Below are positions 34,462-45,510 of a stretch of 64,000 nucleotides of DNA, one piece after another. The notes beneath the pieces were generated by a model that was not told where the DNA came from, searched no databases, and saw only the letters and a program-made list of their open reading frames with translations. The DNA is from an uncultured Verrucomicrobiae bacterium (GTDB lineage: Bacteria; Verrucomicrobiota; Verrucomicrobiia; Chthoniobacterales; UBA10450). The number at the start of each line of letters is the position of its first letter. The first letter of the stretch is position 1. The stretch is taken from the NCBI GenBank assembly GCA_963834385.1, contig CAWIBO010000005.1, forward strand, positions 640,001 to 704,000, given 5' to 3'. The translations under genes were made by a program, and so were the position numbers.

Positions 34462-35306
34462 GATTTTTTCAGGCCCTCGTCCAGAAGTTCGCGGGCAGGC
34501 CGGTCGACTGGGATGAGCTGGAGGAAAGCCTGATCCGGTCTGACATCGGGGTTCCGATGACGCTGCGCATCGTCAAGGCGCTGCAGGCGCGCGCGGCCAC
34601 CACGAAGATCACGGCGGACGACGTCCTGGAGGTGGCGCGCGAGGAGATCGGGCGTGTCCTCCCGCTTTCTCCCCCGCCGCTTCGTCCGCTGCCGGCAAAG
34701 CCGAAGGCCATCCTGATCGTGGGAGTAAACGGCACCGGCAAGACGACGTCCACGGCCAAGCTGGCCCATTACTTCAGGCAAAAACGGCACTCTGTCCTTC
34801 TTGCCGCCGCCGACACCTTTCGCGCCGCGGCCATCGAGCAGCTCGGCGTCTGGGGCGAACGCCTCGGGGTCGAGGTGATCAAGAGCCAGTACAACGCTGA
34901 TCCCGCCGCGCTCTGCTATGAAGCCTATCAGGCGGCGGACAAGCGCCGGGTCGAGTTTCTTCTCTGCGACACGGCTGGCCGGCTGCATACGAAATCGAAC
35001 CTCATGGCGGAGCTGGAGAAGGTGAAACGCAGCCTGGCCAAGCATGATCCCGCGGCCCCGCACGAGGTCTTCCTCGTGGTCGATGCCACGACCGGGAGCA
35101 ACGCGCTCGCCCAGGCCCGCGAGTTTCACCAGGCCGCGGGCGTCACCGGTCTCATCGTGACCAAGATCGACGGGAGCGGAAAAGGGGGCGTCGTCATCGC
35201 CATCCAGGATGAACTTGGCATCCCGACGCGCTTCGTCGGTACCGGTGAAAAAGTGGAGGACTTTGCGCCCTTCGACGGGCGCGCCTTCATCGAGCAGATG
35301 GTCTAA
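34458..35306 (+). CDS. ftsY: SRP receptor FtsY (NG domain only)
   Basis: [33 protein letters not shown]. Confidence 0.94.
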   Translation: MRFFQALVQKFAGRPVDWDELEESLIRSDIGVPMTLRIVKALQARAATTKITADDVLEVAREEIGRVLPLSPPPLRPLPAKPKAILIVGVNGTGKTTSTAKLAHYFRQKRHSVLLAAADTFRAAAIEQLGVWGERLGVEVIKSQYNADPAALCYEAYQAADKRRVEFLLCDTAGRLHTKSNLMAELEKVKRSLAKHDPAAPHEVFLVVDATTGSNALAQAREFHQAAGVTGLIVTKIDGSGKGGVVIAIQDELGIPTRFVGTGEKVEDFAPFDGRAFIEQMV

Positions 35307-35310
35307 GCAG

Positions 35311-36228
35311 ATGTGGCGCTTCGTCGTGGTGCGAATCTTCCAGGCGGCGCTCGTGCTGCTCGCCGTGGTCACGATCACCTTCTTCATGGTCCGATTCGCG
35401 CCGGGCGGGCCGTTTGACGCGGAGAAGACGACGACGCCGGAGATTCGGGCCGCGCTCGAGGCGCACTACGGGATGGACCAGCCGCTCCCGGTTCAATACG
35501 CCCATTATCTGGCCGACCTTTTGCGTGGCGATCTGGGTCCTTCTTTCCGATATCCCAACCGGACGGTGAACGAACTCATTGGCGAGTCTTTCCCCATCTC
35601 GGCCGAACTCGGTTTCTGGGCGCTCCTGGTCGCCCTGGCCCTCGGGCTTCCCGCCGGGATCATCTCCTCGCTCCGCCCAAACACACTCACCGACTATGTT
35701 CCGAATTCGCTGGCCATCGCCGGCATCTGCGTGCCCGCCTTCGTCCTCGGACCCCTGCTCGTGCTCGTTTTTGCCCTCCGCCTCGAGTGGGTCCGGGTCT
35801 CAGGCTGGGAGGATGGCCTCGACCGCGTTCTGCCCGCCCTTACCCTCGGGGCCGTTTACGCCGCCTACATCGCGCGCCTGACGCGCGGCGGCATGCTCGA
35901 GATTCTTTCCCAGGATTTCATTCGCACCGCCCGGGCGAAAGGCGCCTCGGAATCGCGGATCATCCTGCGGCACGCCCTCCGCGGCGGCCTGCTTCCGGTG
36001 GTGAGCTACCTCGGACCGGCGGCCGCCGGCATCGTCACCGGGTCGTTCGTGGTCGAGACGATCTTTCAAATTCCGGGTCTCGGCCGCTATTTCGTCAACG
36101 CCGCTTTTAATCGCGATTACACGCTCGTGGGCGGGGCGGTCTTCTTCTACGCCGCGCTCATCATCCTCTTTAATCTCATCGTCGATATCATCCTCGTGAA
36201 GATGAATCCGCGCCTGAAATACGAATGA
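35311..36228 (+). CDS. oppB: Oligopeptide ABC permease
   Basis: APGGPFD, GDLGPS, DFIRTARAKG, IFQIPGLG, RDY. Confidence 0.9.
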   Translation: MWRFVVVRIFQAALVLLAVVTITFFMVRFAPGGPFDAEKTTTPEIRAALEAHYGMDQPLPVQYAHYLADLLRGDLGPSFRYPNRTVNELIGESFPISAELGFWALLVALALGLPAGIISSLRPNTLTDYVPNSLAIAGICVPAFVLGPLLVLVFALRLEWVRVSGWEDGLDRVLPALTLGAVYAAYIARLTRGGMLEILSQDFIRTARAKGASESRIILRHALRGGLLPVVSYLGPAAAGIVTGSFVVETIFQIPGLGRYFVNAAFNRDYTLVGGAVFFYAALIILFNLIVDIILVKMNPRLKYE

Positions 36229-37137
36229 GACGCCCGCTCCCTCCCGTTCCTCTCGAATCCCCGCCGGCCGCGCCGGCGGAGACGGCGCGGAACAGTTCTC
36301 TCTGGCGCGATGCCTTCCGCCGCCTGTCCCGGAACAAGGTGGCGTTGACCAGCGCGTTTCTGCTTCTCCTCATCATCGGGGCCGCCTTTCTCGGCCCGTT
36401 TCTCCTGACCCAATCCTACGAAACCCAGGATCTCCAGCTCGGCGCGGCCGGTCCTTCTCCGGCGCACTGGCTGGGAACGGACACGCTCGGCCGCGATCTC
36501 TTCGTCCGCATTCTCTACGGAGGCCGCATCTCCATCGCCGTTGGTCTTTGCGCCACCGCGGTTGCGCTCGTCATCGGCGTTCTTTACGGCGCCACCTCCG
36601 GTTTCCTCGGCGGACGCATCGATGCCGCCATGATGCGGATCGTCGATACGATCTATGCCCTGCCCTTCACCGTTTTCGTCATTCTTCTCATGGTCCTCTT
36701 CGGGCGGCGCTTCGTTCTTCTTTTCGTCGCCATCGGCGCCGTGCAGTGGCTCACCATGGCCCGCATCGTGCGCGGCCAGGTCCTTTCGCTGCGCCGGCAG
36801 GAGTTTGTCGAGGCGGCCGAGGCGCTCGGTCTCTCCCGGGTGCGAATCATTCTACGCCATATCATTCCCAACACGCTGGGACCGATCATCGTTTACGCCA
36901 CCCTCACCATCCCCAGCGTCATGCTCCTGGAAGCTTTCATGAGCTTTCTCGGCCTTGGCGTGCCGCCTCCCATGAGCTCGTGGGGCGTCCTGATCAAGGA
37001 AGGAGCCGACAGCATGGAGGAGTTTCCCGTGGCTCCTGCTTTATCCCGGCCTGATTTTTGCCGTCACGCTTTTCTCCCTCAACGCCCTGGGCGACGGCCT
37101 GCGCGACGCTCTTGATCCCCGCGCGGGCAAGGATTGA
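36225..37137 (+). CDS. oppC: Oligopeptide ABC permease (apparent +1 indel ~37027)
   Basis: HWLGTDTLGRD, EFVEAAEALG, SFLGLG; the shifted frame ends NALGDGLRDALDPRAGKD*. Confidence 0.88.
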
Positions 37138-37138
37138 G

Positions 37139-38197
37139 ATGGACGCTCCCGGCAACAGCGCGCAGGCGCACGGTCCCCTTCTCGAGGTTGAAGACCTGCG
37201 CACCACCTTTCACACCCGCGCCGGCGTCGTCCGGGCGGTGGATGGCGTCTCGTTCTCCGTCGCCCCGGGCGAAACCGTCGGCCTTGTCGGCGAATCCGGC
37301 TCCGGTAAATCAGTCGCCTGTTACTCTCTGCTCCGCCTGATCCCCTGCCCGCCGGGACGGCTCGAGGGCGGGCGCGCGCTCTTTGAGGGACACGACCTGC
37401 TCACCTGCCCGGAACGGGAACTCCGCCGCATTCGCGGCCATCGCATCAGCATGATCTTCCAGGACCCGATGACGTCGCTCAATCCCTACCTGCGCATCGA
37501 CCGGCAGCTGATTGAGCCTTTGCAGATTCACCACGCCGTGCCCCGAAAGGAGGCGTGCCGGCGCGGCCTGGAAGCCTTGCGCGAAGTGGGAATCGCGGAA
37601 CCGGAGAAACGGATGCGCTCGTATCCCCACGAACTTTCGGGCGGAATGCGGCAACGGGTCATGATCGCAATGGCTTTGCTGACGCGGCCGGCGCTCCTCA
37701 TTGCCGACGAACCGACCACCGCCCTCGATGTCACGGTCCAGGCCCAGATCCTCGATCTCATGGCAGCAATGCAACGCGAGCTCGGCACCGCCGTGATTTT
37801 TATCACCCACGACGTGGGCATCGTCGCCTCCTTTTGCGACCGCGTCCTCGTCATGTACGCCGGCCGCATCGTGGAATCGGGCCCGACCCCCGCCCTCTTC
37901 GCCGCTCCGAAACACCCCTACAATCAGGCGCTGCAGCGGGCCATGCCCGCGCTCCACCGTCGCGGGGCCGAGCTTTACACCATCCCTGGGGCGCCTCCCG
38001 ATCCGACCGCGCCGCCGGCCGGTTGCCCTTTCGCCCCGCGTTGCGATTATGCCGCGGAAAAATGTTTCAACACCCCGGTCTCCCTCCGTGAGGTTGCGCC
38101 CGGGCACGCTTCCGCCTGTCTTCGCGTCCAGTTGGGCGAAATCTCCCTGGACCCGGTCGTGGACAAAGCGAATGCCCGGCCCTCCCCGGTGGCGTAG
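37139..38197 (+). CDS. oppD: Oligopeptide ABC ATPase
   Basis: [38 protein letters not shown]. Confidence 0.92.
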   Translation: MDAPGNSAQAHGPLLEVEDLRTTFHTRAGVVRAVDGVSFSVAPGETVGLVGESGSGKSVACYSLLRLIPCPPGRLEGGRALFEGHDLLTCPERELRRIRGHRISMIFQDPMTSLNPYLRIDRQLIEPLQIHHAVPRKEACRRGLEALREVGIAEPEKRMRSYPHELSGGMRQRVMIAMALLTRPALLIADEPTTALDVTVQAQILDLMAAMQRELGTAVIFITHDVGIVASFCDRVLVMYAGRIVESGPTPALFAAPKHPYNQALQRAMPALHRRGAELYTIPGAPPDPTAPPAGCPFAPRCDYAAEKCFNTPVSLREVAPGHASACLRVQLGEISLDPVVDKANARPSPVA

Positions 38198-38208
38198 GTT
38201 TCCCGCGC

Positions 38209-38661
38209 ATGGAAAACAAAAAACCATTCGATGAAGAGGAGCTGCGCCGGCGGCTGACGCCCGAGCAGTATCGCGTCACCCGGCAGAACGGCACCGAACC
38301 TCCTTTCCGAAACGAGTTCTGGGACAATCACCGCGAAGGTCTTTACGTCGACGTCATCAGCGGCAAACCGCTTTTCAGTTCCCGCGACAAGTTCGACAGC
38401 GGCTGCGGCTGGCCAAGTTTCAGCCGGCCGGTCGACGCGAATGCCGTGGCCGAGAAGGTCGATCAAACCCACGGCATGATCCGGACCGAGGTCCGTTCGA
38501 CCGACGCTGATGCCCACCTCGGGCATGTTTTCGACGACGGACCAAAACCCGCGGGGCTGCGCTACTGCATCAACTCGGCCTCGCTCCGCTTTGTCCCGGT
38601 GGAAAAGCTCGAGGAAGAGGGCTACGGCGAGTTTCGTTCCCTGTTCGCGCCCCAGACCTGA
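38209..38661 (+). CDS. msrB: Methionine-R-sulfoxide reductase
   Basis: [30 protein letters not shown]. Confidence 0.95.
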   Translation: MENKKPFDEEELRRRLTPEQYRVTRQNGTEPPFRNEFWDNHREGLYVDVISGKPLFSSRDKFDSGCGWPSFSRPVDANAVAEKVDQTHGMIRTEVRSTDADAHLGHVFDDGPKPAGLRYCINSASLRFVPVEKLEEEGYGEFRSLFAPQT

Positions 38662-38662
38662 C

Positions 38663-39667
38663 GTGACGTCGCCCTTTCTTTGCGTCCGCGACCTGAAGAC
38701 GCATTTCCCGTTGCCCAAGCCTCTTTTTTCGCGTGGGCCCGGGGCGCTGGTGCGGGCCGTCGATGGGGTGAGCTTCGAACTTCAAGCCGGCGAGGTGCTC
38801 GGCCTGGTGGGCGAATCCGGCTGCGGCAAATCGACCCTGGGGCGGTCCATCCTCCAGTTGGTCCGCCCGACCGCCGGTGATGTCATCCTGGAGGGTCGTC
38901 ATCTCAACCGGCTGGCCGCGGCCGAACTCCGCCGCGCCCGCTCCGGGTTCCAGATGATTTTTCAGGATCCGTACGCCTCGCTCAACCCGCGCATGACCGT
39001 CTTCGAGACCCTCGCGGAGGCGATGCGCGCGCATCGCCGGCCTCCCCGCGGAGAGTTGCGCCCGCGCGTGCGCGAGCTCATGGGGCGGGTCGGCCTCAGC
39101 CCGGCCGCGATGAACAAGTATCCGCACGAGTTCTCGGGCGGCCAGCGACAGCGCATCGCCATCGCCCGCGCGCTCGCGGTGGAACCGAAACTGATCATTG
39201 CCGATGAACCGGTCTCCGCCCTCGATGTTTCCATCCAGGCGCAGATCATCAATCTTCTCGCCCGTTTGCGCGCGGAAATGGGCCTGACCCTGATCTTCAT
39301 CTCCCACGACCTTTCCGTGGTGAAACATCTCTCCGATCGGGTCGCGGTGATGTATCTCGGCCGGATCGTCGAGCTGGGCGCGGCCGCGGAGGTGCTCAGC
39401 CGGCCGCTGCATCCCTACACCCGCGCGCTGGTTGAGGCGATCCCGGTGCCCGATCCGGCGGCGCGCGGTCGACGCCGGGAGACGGTGCCTGCCGGTGATC
39501 CGCCGTCGCCCGTTCACCCGCCGCCAGGATGCCCATTTCATCCCCGCTGCCCTTTTGCCGTCGAGGCCTGCCGCGCCGTCGTCCCGCCGCTTGTTGATTG
39601 GGGCGATCAACATTTTGCCGCCTGCATTCGCGTCCCTGAGATCCGGGAAATGGAGAGACCGGGGTGA
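38663..39667 (+). CDS. oppF: Oligopeptide ABC ATPase
   Basis: [36 protein letters not shown]. Confidence 0.92.
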   Translation: MTSPFLCVRDLKTHFPLPKPLFSRGPGALVRAVDGVSFELQAGEVLGLVGESGCGKSTLGRSILQLVRPTAGDVILEGRHLNRLAAAELRRARSGFQMIFQDPYASLNPRMTVFETLAEAMRAHRRPPRGELRPRVRELMGRVGLSPAAMNKYPHEFSGGQRQRIAIARALAVEPKLIIADEPVSALDVSIQAQIINLLARLRAEMGLTLIFISHDLSVVKHLSDRVAVMYLGRIVELGAAAEVLSRPLHPYTRALVEAIPVPDPAARGRRRETVPAGDPPSPVHPPPGCPFHPRCPFAVEACRAVVPPLVDWGDQHFAACIRVPEIREMERPG

Positions 39668-40605
39668 GCGGGCCCGGCTCGTCGCCGCGGGACGAACGCT
39701 CGGCCCTCATCGCGGGCCTGGCCGCCTTCAGTTTCTGGGGGATCGTTCCGGTCTACTGGAAGCTGCTTGTCCCGGTGCCGGTCACGGAAATCCTGGCGCA
39801 TCGTTTCCTTTGGACCGCTCTCTTCCTGATTGTCTGGCTGACCTGGCAGCAACGCTGGGCCGAGGTGCAGGCCGTGCTCCGCTCGCGGCGCGCCCTGATT
39901 TTTTGCCTGAGCAGCGGCGTTGCCATCGCCCTGAACTGGGGCGTGTTCATCTGGGCCGTCAATATCGGGCGGGTCATTGAAACCAGCCTTGGCTATTTCA
40001 TCACCCCGTTGGTCAACGTTCTCCTCGGCGCCCTTTTCCTGCGCGAACGTCTCACCCGCTGGCAGTTGATCGCCGTCTCCCTCGCCGCCGGCGGCGTCCT
40101 GTATCTGACCTTCGGCTACGGCCGTTTTCCCTGGATCGCTCTCGTCCTCGCGGCCAGCTTCGGTCTTTACGGTCTTCTTCGGAAACAATCCCGCACCGCC
40201 CCGATTCCCGGCCTTTTCATCGAGACGCTTCTCCTCGTGCCGGTCGCGCTGGTCTGGCTCGCTTTTCTCTCGGGCAGCGGGCGGCTGTTCTTCGGCGGGG
40301 CCCATCCTGGCCTCTCGGCGATCCTGATCAGCACCGGCCTCGTCACCGGCCTGCCTTTGGTCTGGTTCGGCCACGCGGCGCGTCATCTCCGCCTCACCAC
40401 CATCGGCTTCTTCCAGTACATCGCCCCGTCCTGCACCTTTCTCCTGGGCGTTTTCCTTTACCACGAACCATTCACCACCGGGCACCTGGTCACTTTCGGC
40501 CTGATCTGGCTGGCCCTCGCCCTTTTCACCTGGGACGCGCTCGCGGCCTGGCGTTCGCGCGCACGCTCCCGCGCCGATGCGCTCCTCGCGGAGCGGCCGG
40601 TCTGA
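39664..40605 (+). CDS. rarD: EamA-family transporter RarD
   Basis: EILAHR, NWGVFIWA, ETSLGYFI, GFFQYIAPS. Confidence 0.88.
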   Translation: MSGPGSSPRDERSALIAGLAAFSFWGIVPVYWKLLVPVPVTEILAHRFLWTALFLIVWLTWQQRWAEVQAVLRSRRALIFCLSSGVAIALNWGVFIWAVNIGRVIETSLGYFITPLVNVLLGALFLRERLTRWQLIAVSLAAGGVLYLTFGYGRFPWIALVLAASFGLYGLLRKQSRTAPIPGLFIETLLLVPVALVWLAFLSGSGRLFFGGAHPGLSAILISTGLVTGLPLVWFGHAARHLRLTTIGFFQYIAPSCTFLLGVFLYHEPFTTGHLVTFGLIWLALALFTWDALAAWRSRARSRADALLAERPV

Positions 40606-40649
40606 TCGCTGCATTTACGCCACCCGCCAGCCGCGTAGGTTATGAGGAC

Positions 40650-41174
40650 ATGTGGAGCGAGGACAATTTCCAGTACGCGGTCGAGAACACGGAGGTGATC
40701 GTGGCGCCCGAACGCCAGATCGAGACTTTTGGGACAACCAGCTTTCGTTTTCACCTGATCTCGGAGCAAATGGACCGGGCCAACATGATCCGGGTGCGCG
40801 ATGGCCGAATCGAGGCGGAAAGGCCGCAACTGGTCACGCCGGAACATTTGCAGCGGATCATGCTCGAGGGCTTCGGGGACAAGGCGGCGCGCTATCTCGA
40901 GCAGGTCGGCGACCGGCTTCGGCGAATCGCCGTGCTCAAATACGGTTTCCAGTTTCGCAAAAGCGAGGTCACCGAGAACGTGGTCCATGATTCCATCGCC
41001 TCGGTCGTGGCCCGGACCAAGGCCTCCGTGCAAAACTCGCGCGAGCCGCGCAGCGCCGTCATCCGCGGGGTGGATGATGCCTGGGAAGTGTGCCTGCTCA
41101 AGTTCACCATTGATCTCATCGAGCGCTCCTCCGGGGATAACCTGGGAGATTTCCGCCGTCGCGGACTGATCTGA
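40650..41174 (+). CDS. Hypothetical protein
   Basis: 174 aa with natural composition, GAGG before the ATG; ETFGTTSF, GVDDAWEVCLLKF. Confidence 0.75.
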   Translation: MWSEDNFQYAVENTEVIVAPERQIETFGTTSFRFHLISEQMDRANMIRVRDGRIEAERPQLVTPEHLQRIMLEGFGDKAARYLEQVGDRLRRIAVLKYGFQFRKSEVTENVVHDSIASVVARTKASVQNSREPRSAVIRGVDDAWEVCLLKFTIDLIERSSGDNLGDFRRRGLI

Positions 41175-41218
41175 CCTCGAAGCGTGACAGGGGCCGCCCC
41201 GGTGTTACGCTGCGCGCA

Positions 41219-42226
41219 ATGGCTGCGGCCGACCTGGCAACACTGAGCGACGAGGCCCTGCTCGATCGCCGTATCTCCACCCTCGGTTTGCAGCTTGAAG
41301 GCACGGCGCTCGAGCCTCTCGTCCAGCAGCTTTACCACGAGCTTTCCGCCCGCGGCCTTTCCTATCATCCCCCCACCCACCTCGGCGACGAATGGTTCGT
41401 CCCCGTCGGCCTGCCGGTCATTTTCGTTCCGTTCTTTCTCGCGCATGATCGTCTCCGCGCCCTGGAGCGCAAGATGATGCTCGAAGTGGAAGGCGAAACG
41501 CCGGAATGGTTCCTGAAGCTGATGCGCCACGAGTCGGCCCACGCCTACAGCTACGCCTACCAGTTGCACCGGAAGAAGAGCTGGCAGCGCGTCTTTGGTC
41601 AGACGTCGGACGAGGAAACGCCAAGCTTCTACCGGCCCCGTCCTTTTAGCCGGAGCTATGTCACCCACCTCGACGACTGGTATGCCCAGTCGCATCCGGA
41701 CGAGGATTTCGCCGAAACGTTTGCCGTCTGGCTGACGCCGGAGCTGGACTGGCGCAAACGTTACGCCGGCTGGAAGGCGCTCCAGAAGCTCGAGTTCGTG
41801 GACGAACTGATGCGGGAGGTGGGCCAGAAACCGCCGGTGCATGCTCCACCCTATCGCGCCGCCGACTACAACTTCCTTAACATCAAGCTCAAGACTTACT
41901 ACGCCCGGAAACGAAAGCTCTTCGAGGATACCTACCCGGATTTTTACGATGCCGATCTCCGCCAGCTCTTTTCCGCGTCCGCCGGCATCACCGCCGGCTC
42001 CTACCTGCGCCGACGCCGGCGGCGCCTTCTCAATGCCATTTGCCAGTGGACCAACGAGAAAAAGTTCCGGGTGAACAAGCTTCTGGCCCGCCTGATCGAC
42101 CGGTGCGATCAACTCGGCCTGCGCGTCCCGAACGATGATCCGCAGCAGGATTTCCGCGTCTCGGCCTTCATCACCACCCTCGTCATGAATTACCTCTTCA
42201 CCGGCAAGTTCAAGCGCACCAAGTAA
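41219..42226 (+). CDS. Putative zinc-binding metallopeptidase
   Basis: RHESAH (HExxH) plus YAQSHPDEDFAETF. Confidence 0.8.
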   Translation: MAAADLATLSDEALLDRRISTLGLQLEGTALEPLVQQLYHELSARGLSYHPPTHLGDEWFVPVGLPVIFVPFFLAHDRLRALERKMMLEVEGETPEWFLKLMRHESAHAYSYAYQLHRKKSWQRVFGQTSDEETPSFYRPRPFSRSYVTHLDDWYAQSHPDEDFAETFAVWLTPELDWRKRYAGWKALQKLEFVDELMREVGQKPPVHAPPYRAADYNFLNIKLKTYYARKRKLFEDTYPDFYDADLRQLFSASAGITAGSYLRRRRRRLLNAICQWTNEKKFRVNKLLARLIDRCDQLGLRVPNDDPQQDFRVSAFITTLVMNYLFTGKFKRTK

Positions 42227-42227
42227 C

Positions 42228-43247
42228 GTGAAAAAGAAGCTCAAAGTCCTTGTCATCTTCGAGGGCACCAGTCCCACCACCCTCGACCAGGACTTTTCCG
42301 AGGAGATGAAGACCCCCGACTGGAAAACCGAGGCCGACGTCATGGCCGCGCTCGGCAAACTCGGTCATACCGCCGAGCACCTCGCCATCTTCGACGATGT
42401 CGACCTGATCCGGCAAAAGCTCGAGAGCTTCGCCCCCGATGTTCTTTTCAACATCGTCGAGCAGTTCCGCAACAATCCCGGGTTCGACCAGAACATCGTT
42501 TCCTTCTTTGAGATGCAGGGGCTCCGCTTCACCGGCTGCGGTTCCACCGGCCTCACGCTCTGCAAGCACAAGGGAATCTCGAAAAAGATCCTTCACTACC
42601 ACGGCCTCCACGTCCCCAATTTCGTGGTCATTCCCCGCGGTCAGCGCATCGGAAGACCGCGCGCCTTGAAGTTTCCCGTCGTGGTCAAGCCGGTCAAGGA
42701 AGAGGCTTCCTATGGCATCTCCCGCGCCTCCTTCGCCGAGAACGATGAGCAGTTCCGCGAGCGCGTTGCCTTTCTCCACGAGAAATACAGCGGCGACGTC
42801 ATTGCCGAGGAATACATCGAGGGACGCGAGCTTTACGTCAGCATCATGGGCGACGTTAAACTGACCGTCTTTCCCATCCGCGAAATGATCTTCCGCCATG
42901 TCCCGGCAGATGAACCGCGCATGGCCACCTACAAAGCCAAGTGGGACGATGAATATCGCCGGCGCTGGGGCCTCGAGAACCAGTTCGCGGATGACCTGGA
43001 CCCGGCTGTCGTCGCCGAGATCGAGCGCACCTGCAAGCGCATCTACCGACTCCTCACCATCTGCGGCTATGCCCGCGTCGATCTTCGGCTTACCGCCACG
43101 AACAAAATCTATTTCATCGAAGCCAACCCGAATCCCCATCTCGCCGAGGACGAGGATTTCGCCCTTTCCGCCGGAAAGGCCGGCCTCTCCTACCCGCAGT
43201 TGATCGACCGGATTGTCCGCCAGGGCCTGCGGACCGTGCGCGACTGA
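42228..43247 (+). CDS. Ddl-like ATP-grasp ligase
   Basis: VKPVKEEASYGI, EEYIEGRE, YARVDLR, IEANPNP; lacks the Ddl GGxSxEH N-terminus. Confidence 0.82.
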   Translation: MKKKLKVLVIFEGTSPTTLDQDFSEEMKTPDWKTEADVMAALGKLGHTAEHLAIFDDVDLIRQKLESFAPDVLFNIVEQFRNNPGFDQNIVSFFEMQGLRFTGCGSTGLTLCKHKGISKKILHYHGLHVPNFVVIPRGQRIGRPRALKFPVVVKPVKEEASYGISRASFAENDEQFRERVAFLHEKYSGDVIAEEYIEGRELYVSIMGDVKLTVFPIREMIFRHVPADEPRMATYKAKWDDEYRRRWGLENQFADDLDPAVVAEIERTCKRIYRLLTICGYARVDLRLTATNKIYFIEANPNPHLAEDEDFALSAGKAGLSYPQLIDRIVRQGLRTVRD

Positions 43248-43264
43248 CGCGGCACGCTTCCCTT

Positions 43265-43963
43265 CTACTTCTCGTAACGGCTCATGAGCTTGAGAAAACG
43301 AATGGTGTCGCGCACCGGCCGAATCTTGCTCTTTTCATCGCCGTAAACTGTCGTGATCGGCACCGCCTCGATGCGGAGACCCTGGCGGCTGGCCAGGATC
43401 AGCATTTCCGTTTCGTATTCAAACCGGCCGGAGAGACCGAGAAGCCCGGGAACAAGGTCCCGGTGCAACATGCGAAAGCCGCATTGCGTGTCCGGAATCT
43501 CCTGGCCGCAGACGCGGCTGATCCGGCTGCTCATGTAGCGATTGACCAGTCGGCGCACCAGCGGCATGCGGGCCAGGTCCTCCATGCGCGTGCCGACCAG
43601 GAGGCCGGAGCGCGAGGAAGCCGCCGCCGCGATGAACCGCTCAATCTCCTCCGGGAGATGCTGCCCGTCCCCGTCGAGGATGATGACATACTCGGCCCCT
43701 TCCCCGTGCCAATGCCGCAGGCCGGTCTTGATCGCCTCGCCCTTGCCGCGGTTCTGCTCGTGCACGATGACAAAGGCGCCGGCCGCGCGCGCCGCCTCCG
43801 CCGTGTCATCGGGCGAACCGTCGTCCACCACCGCCACCCGGTCCACCTGGGCCAGAACGCGCCGCACCACCTCGGCAATCCGTTTCCCCTCGCAGTAACA
43901 GGGAATGGCGACGGCGACGGTGCTCCGATCGATACGCGCTGCGCCGGCCGCGGCCGTGCCCAT
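43265..43963 (-). CDS. GT2 glycosyltransferase
   Basis: VDDGSPDDT, NRGKG, DGDGQH, DTQCGFR. Confidence 0.9.
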   Translation of the reverse strand: MGTAAAGAARIDRSTVAVAIPCYCEGKRIAEVVRRVLAQVDRVAVVDDGSPDDTAEAARAAGAFVIVHEQNRGKGEAIKTGLRHWHGEGAEYVIILDGDGQHLPEEIERFIAAAASSRSGLLVGTRMEDLARMPLVRRLVNRYMSSRISRVCGQEIPDTQCGFRMLHRDLVPGLLGLSGRFEYETEMLILASRQGLRIEAVPITTVYGDEKSKIRPVRDTIRFLKLMSRYEK

Positions 43964-44850
43964 CAGCGGACGACCGGGTGAAAATCGGCGGCGTGATACG
44001 AGCTGCGCACCAGCGGCCCGGAGGCCACATGATCGAAGCCCTTGCCGCGCGCGATCTGGCCGTAAACCTCAAACTGCTCCGGGGTGACATATTCAACCAC
44101 GGGCAGATGCTTCGGCGTGGGACGCAGATACTGGCCCAGGGTAAGGACCTGGCACCCGATCTCGCGCAGATCGTCCATTGTCTGGAAGAGTTCCGGCTCC
44201 GTTTCGCCCAGCCCGAGCATGACACCGCTTTTTGTCACCACCTTTGGCGACAACTCCCGGGCTTTGCGCAGGGTGGTGAGCGACGTGCGATATTTCGCCC
44301 GCGAACGCACCACCGGCGTCAGGCGTTCCACGGTTTCCATGTTGTGGTTGAAGATGTCGGGGCCCGCCTCGAGCACGGTCTGGATGCACGGATCCTGCGC
44401 GTGAAAGTCGGGCACCAGGACCTCGACGATGATGGAAGGATCCATCTCCCGGATGGCCGTGATGGTGCGCGCAAAATGGCCGGCACCGCCATCGCGCAGA
44501 TCGTCCCGCGCCACCGCCGTGATCACGACGTGCTTGAGTTTCATCCGGCGAACCGCCTCAGCCACCCGCTGCGGTTCGTCCTCCTCCAGGGCGAAGGGTT
44601 TAGCCGTCGAGACTGCGCAAAAGCCGCAGGCCCGCGTGCAGCGGTCGCCGGCGATCATCATCGTGGCCGTGCCCTGGCTCCAGCATTCCCAACGGTTCGG
44701 GCACTGCGCGCTTTCACAGACGGTGTGCAGCTTCAGGTCCGAGATCAGCGCCTTGGTCGAGAAAAAGACCGGGTTCGAAGGCAGGCGCACCTTGATCCAG
44801 GGCGGCTTCTGCGCCTGGTGCAGCGCCGGGTCTATTTTTGCGCAGGACAT
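43963..44850 (-). CDS. lipA: Lipoyl synthase
   Basis: CESAQCPNRWEC, CTRACGFC, GQYLRP, RSSYHA. Confidence 0.96.
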   Translation of the reverse strand: MSCAKIDPALHQAQKPPWIKVRLPSNPVFFSTKALISDLKLHTVCESAQCPNRWECWSQGTATMMIAGDRCTRACGFCAVSTAKPFALEEDEPQRVAEAVRRMKLKHVVITAVARDDLRDGGAGHFARTITAIREMDPSIIVEVLVPDFHAQDPCIQTVLEAGPDIFNHNMETVERLTPVVRSRAKYRTSLTTLRKARELSPKVVTKSGVMLGLGETEPELFQTMDDLREIGCQVLTLGQYLRPTPKHLPVVEYVTPEQFEVYGQIARGKGFDHVASGPLVRSSYHAADFHPVVR

Positions 44851-44904
44851 GGCGGAGGCAAAGCTAGCGACGCGTCCCGGAAAAGCAATTCGTCACGGCT
44901 CGCT

Positions 44905-45510
44905 TCAGAGGGGGCGCCGCCCCGAAAGCGCCTGGTAGAGAGTGAGTTCATCGGCCGATTCCAGACCCCCTCCGGCCGGCAGCCCATGCGCGATGCGGGA
45001 AAGCCGCACCGGTTTTCCCTTGAAGAGCTCGACCAGGTAGTTCGTCGTCGCCTCGCCCTCCACGTCGGCAGCGAGGGCAAAGATGATTTCGCTGAACGCG
45101 CCCTTCTCGACCCGTTCGCGCAACTGCCGGATGCTCAGATCCTCGGGCCCGACGTGGTCCAACGGCGAAATGCGGCCGCCCAGGGCGTGATAAACGCCGC
45201 GAAAGGCGCTCGTCCGCTCGAGGGGAAGGATATCCGTGGCCTGTTCCACTACGCAAAGAAGATCGGTCGCGCGGGCGGGGTCCTGGCAGATCTCGCAAAC
45301 CTCAGCCGTGGCGAAAAAACCGCAGCGCGCGCATGGCCGGATCGACTGTCGCACCGCGGCGATGGCGGCGGCGATCTGCGCAGGTTGGTCCGCGCGGGAC
45401 TGCACCATCCAGAGCGCGATCCGTTCGGCCGAGCGGGGACCGACCCCGGGCATCTGCCGCAACTGCGCAATCAGGTCGCGTAACGCCGTTGGATATTCCG
45501 TCTTCCTCAA
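44905..45510 (-). CDS. recR: Recombination protein RecR
   Basis: PGVGPRSAER, C4 zinc finger, VEGEAT, SRIAHGLPAG. Confidence 0.95.
   Translation of the reverse strand: MRKTEYPTALRDLIAQLRQMPGVGPRSAERIALWMVQSRADQPAQIAAAIAAVRQSIRPCARCGFFATAEVCEICQDPARATDLLCVVEQATDILPLERTSAFRGVYHALGGRISPLDHVGPEDLSIRQLRERVEKGAFSEIIFALAADVEGEATTNYLVELFKGKPVRLSRIAHGLPAGGGLESADELTLYQALSGRRPL

Noticed and set aside
42228..43247. Canonical ddl gene symbol
   Set aside because: It lacks the Ddl N-terminal signature and cell-wall operon context.
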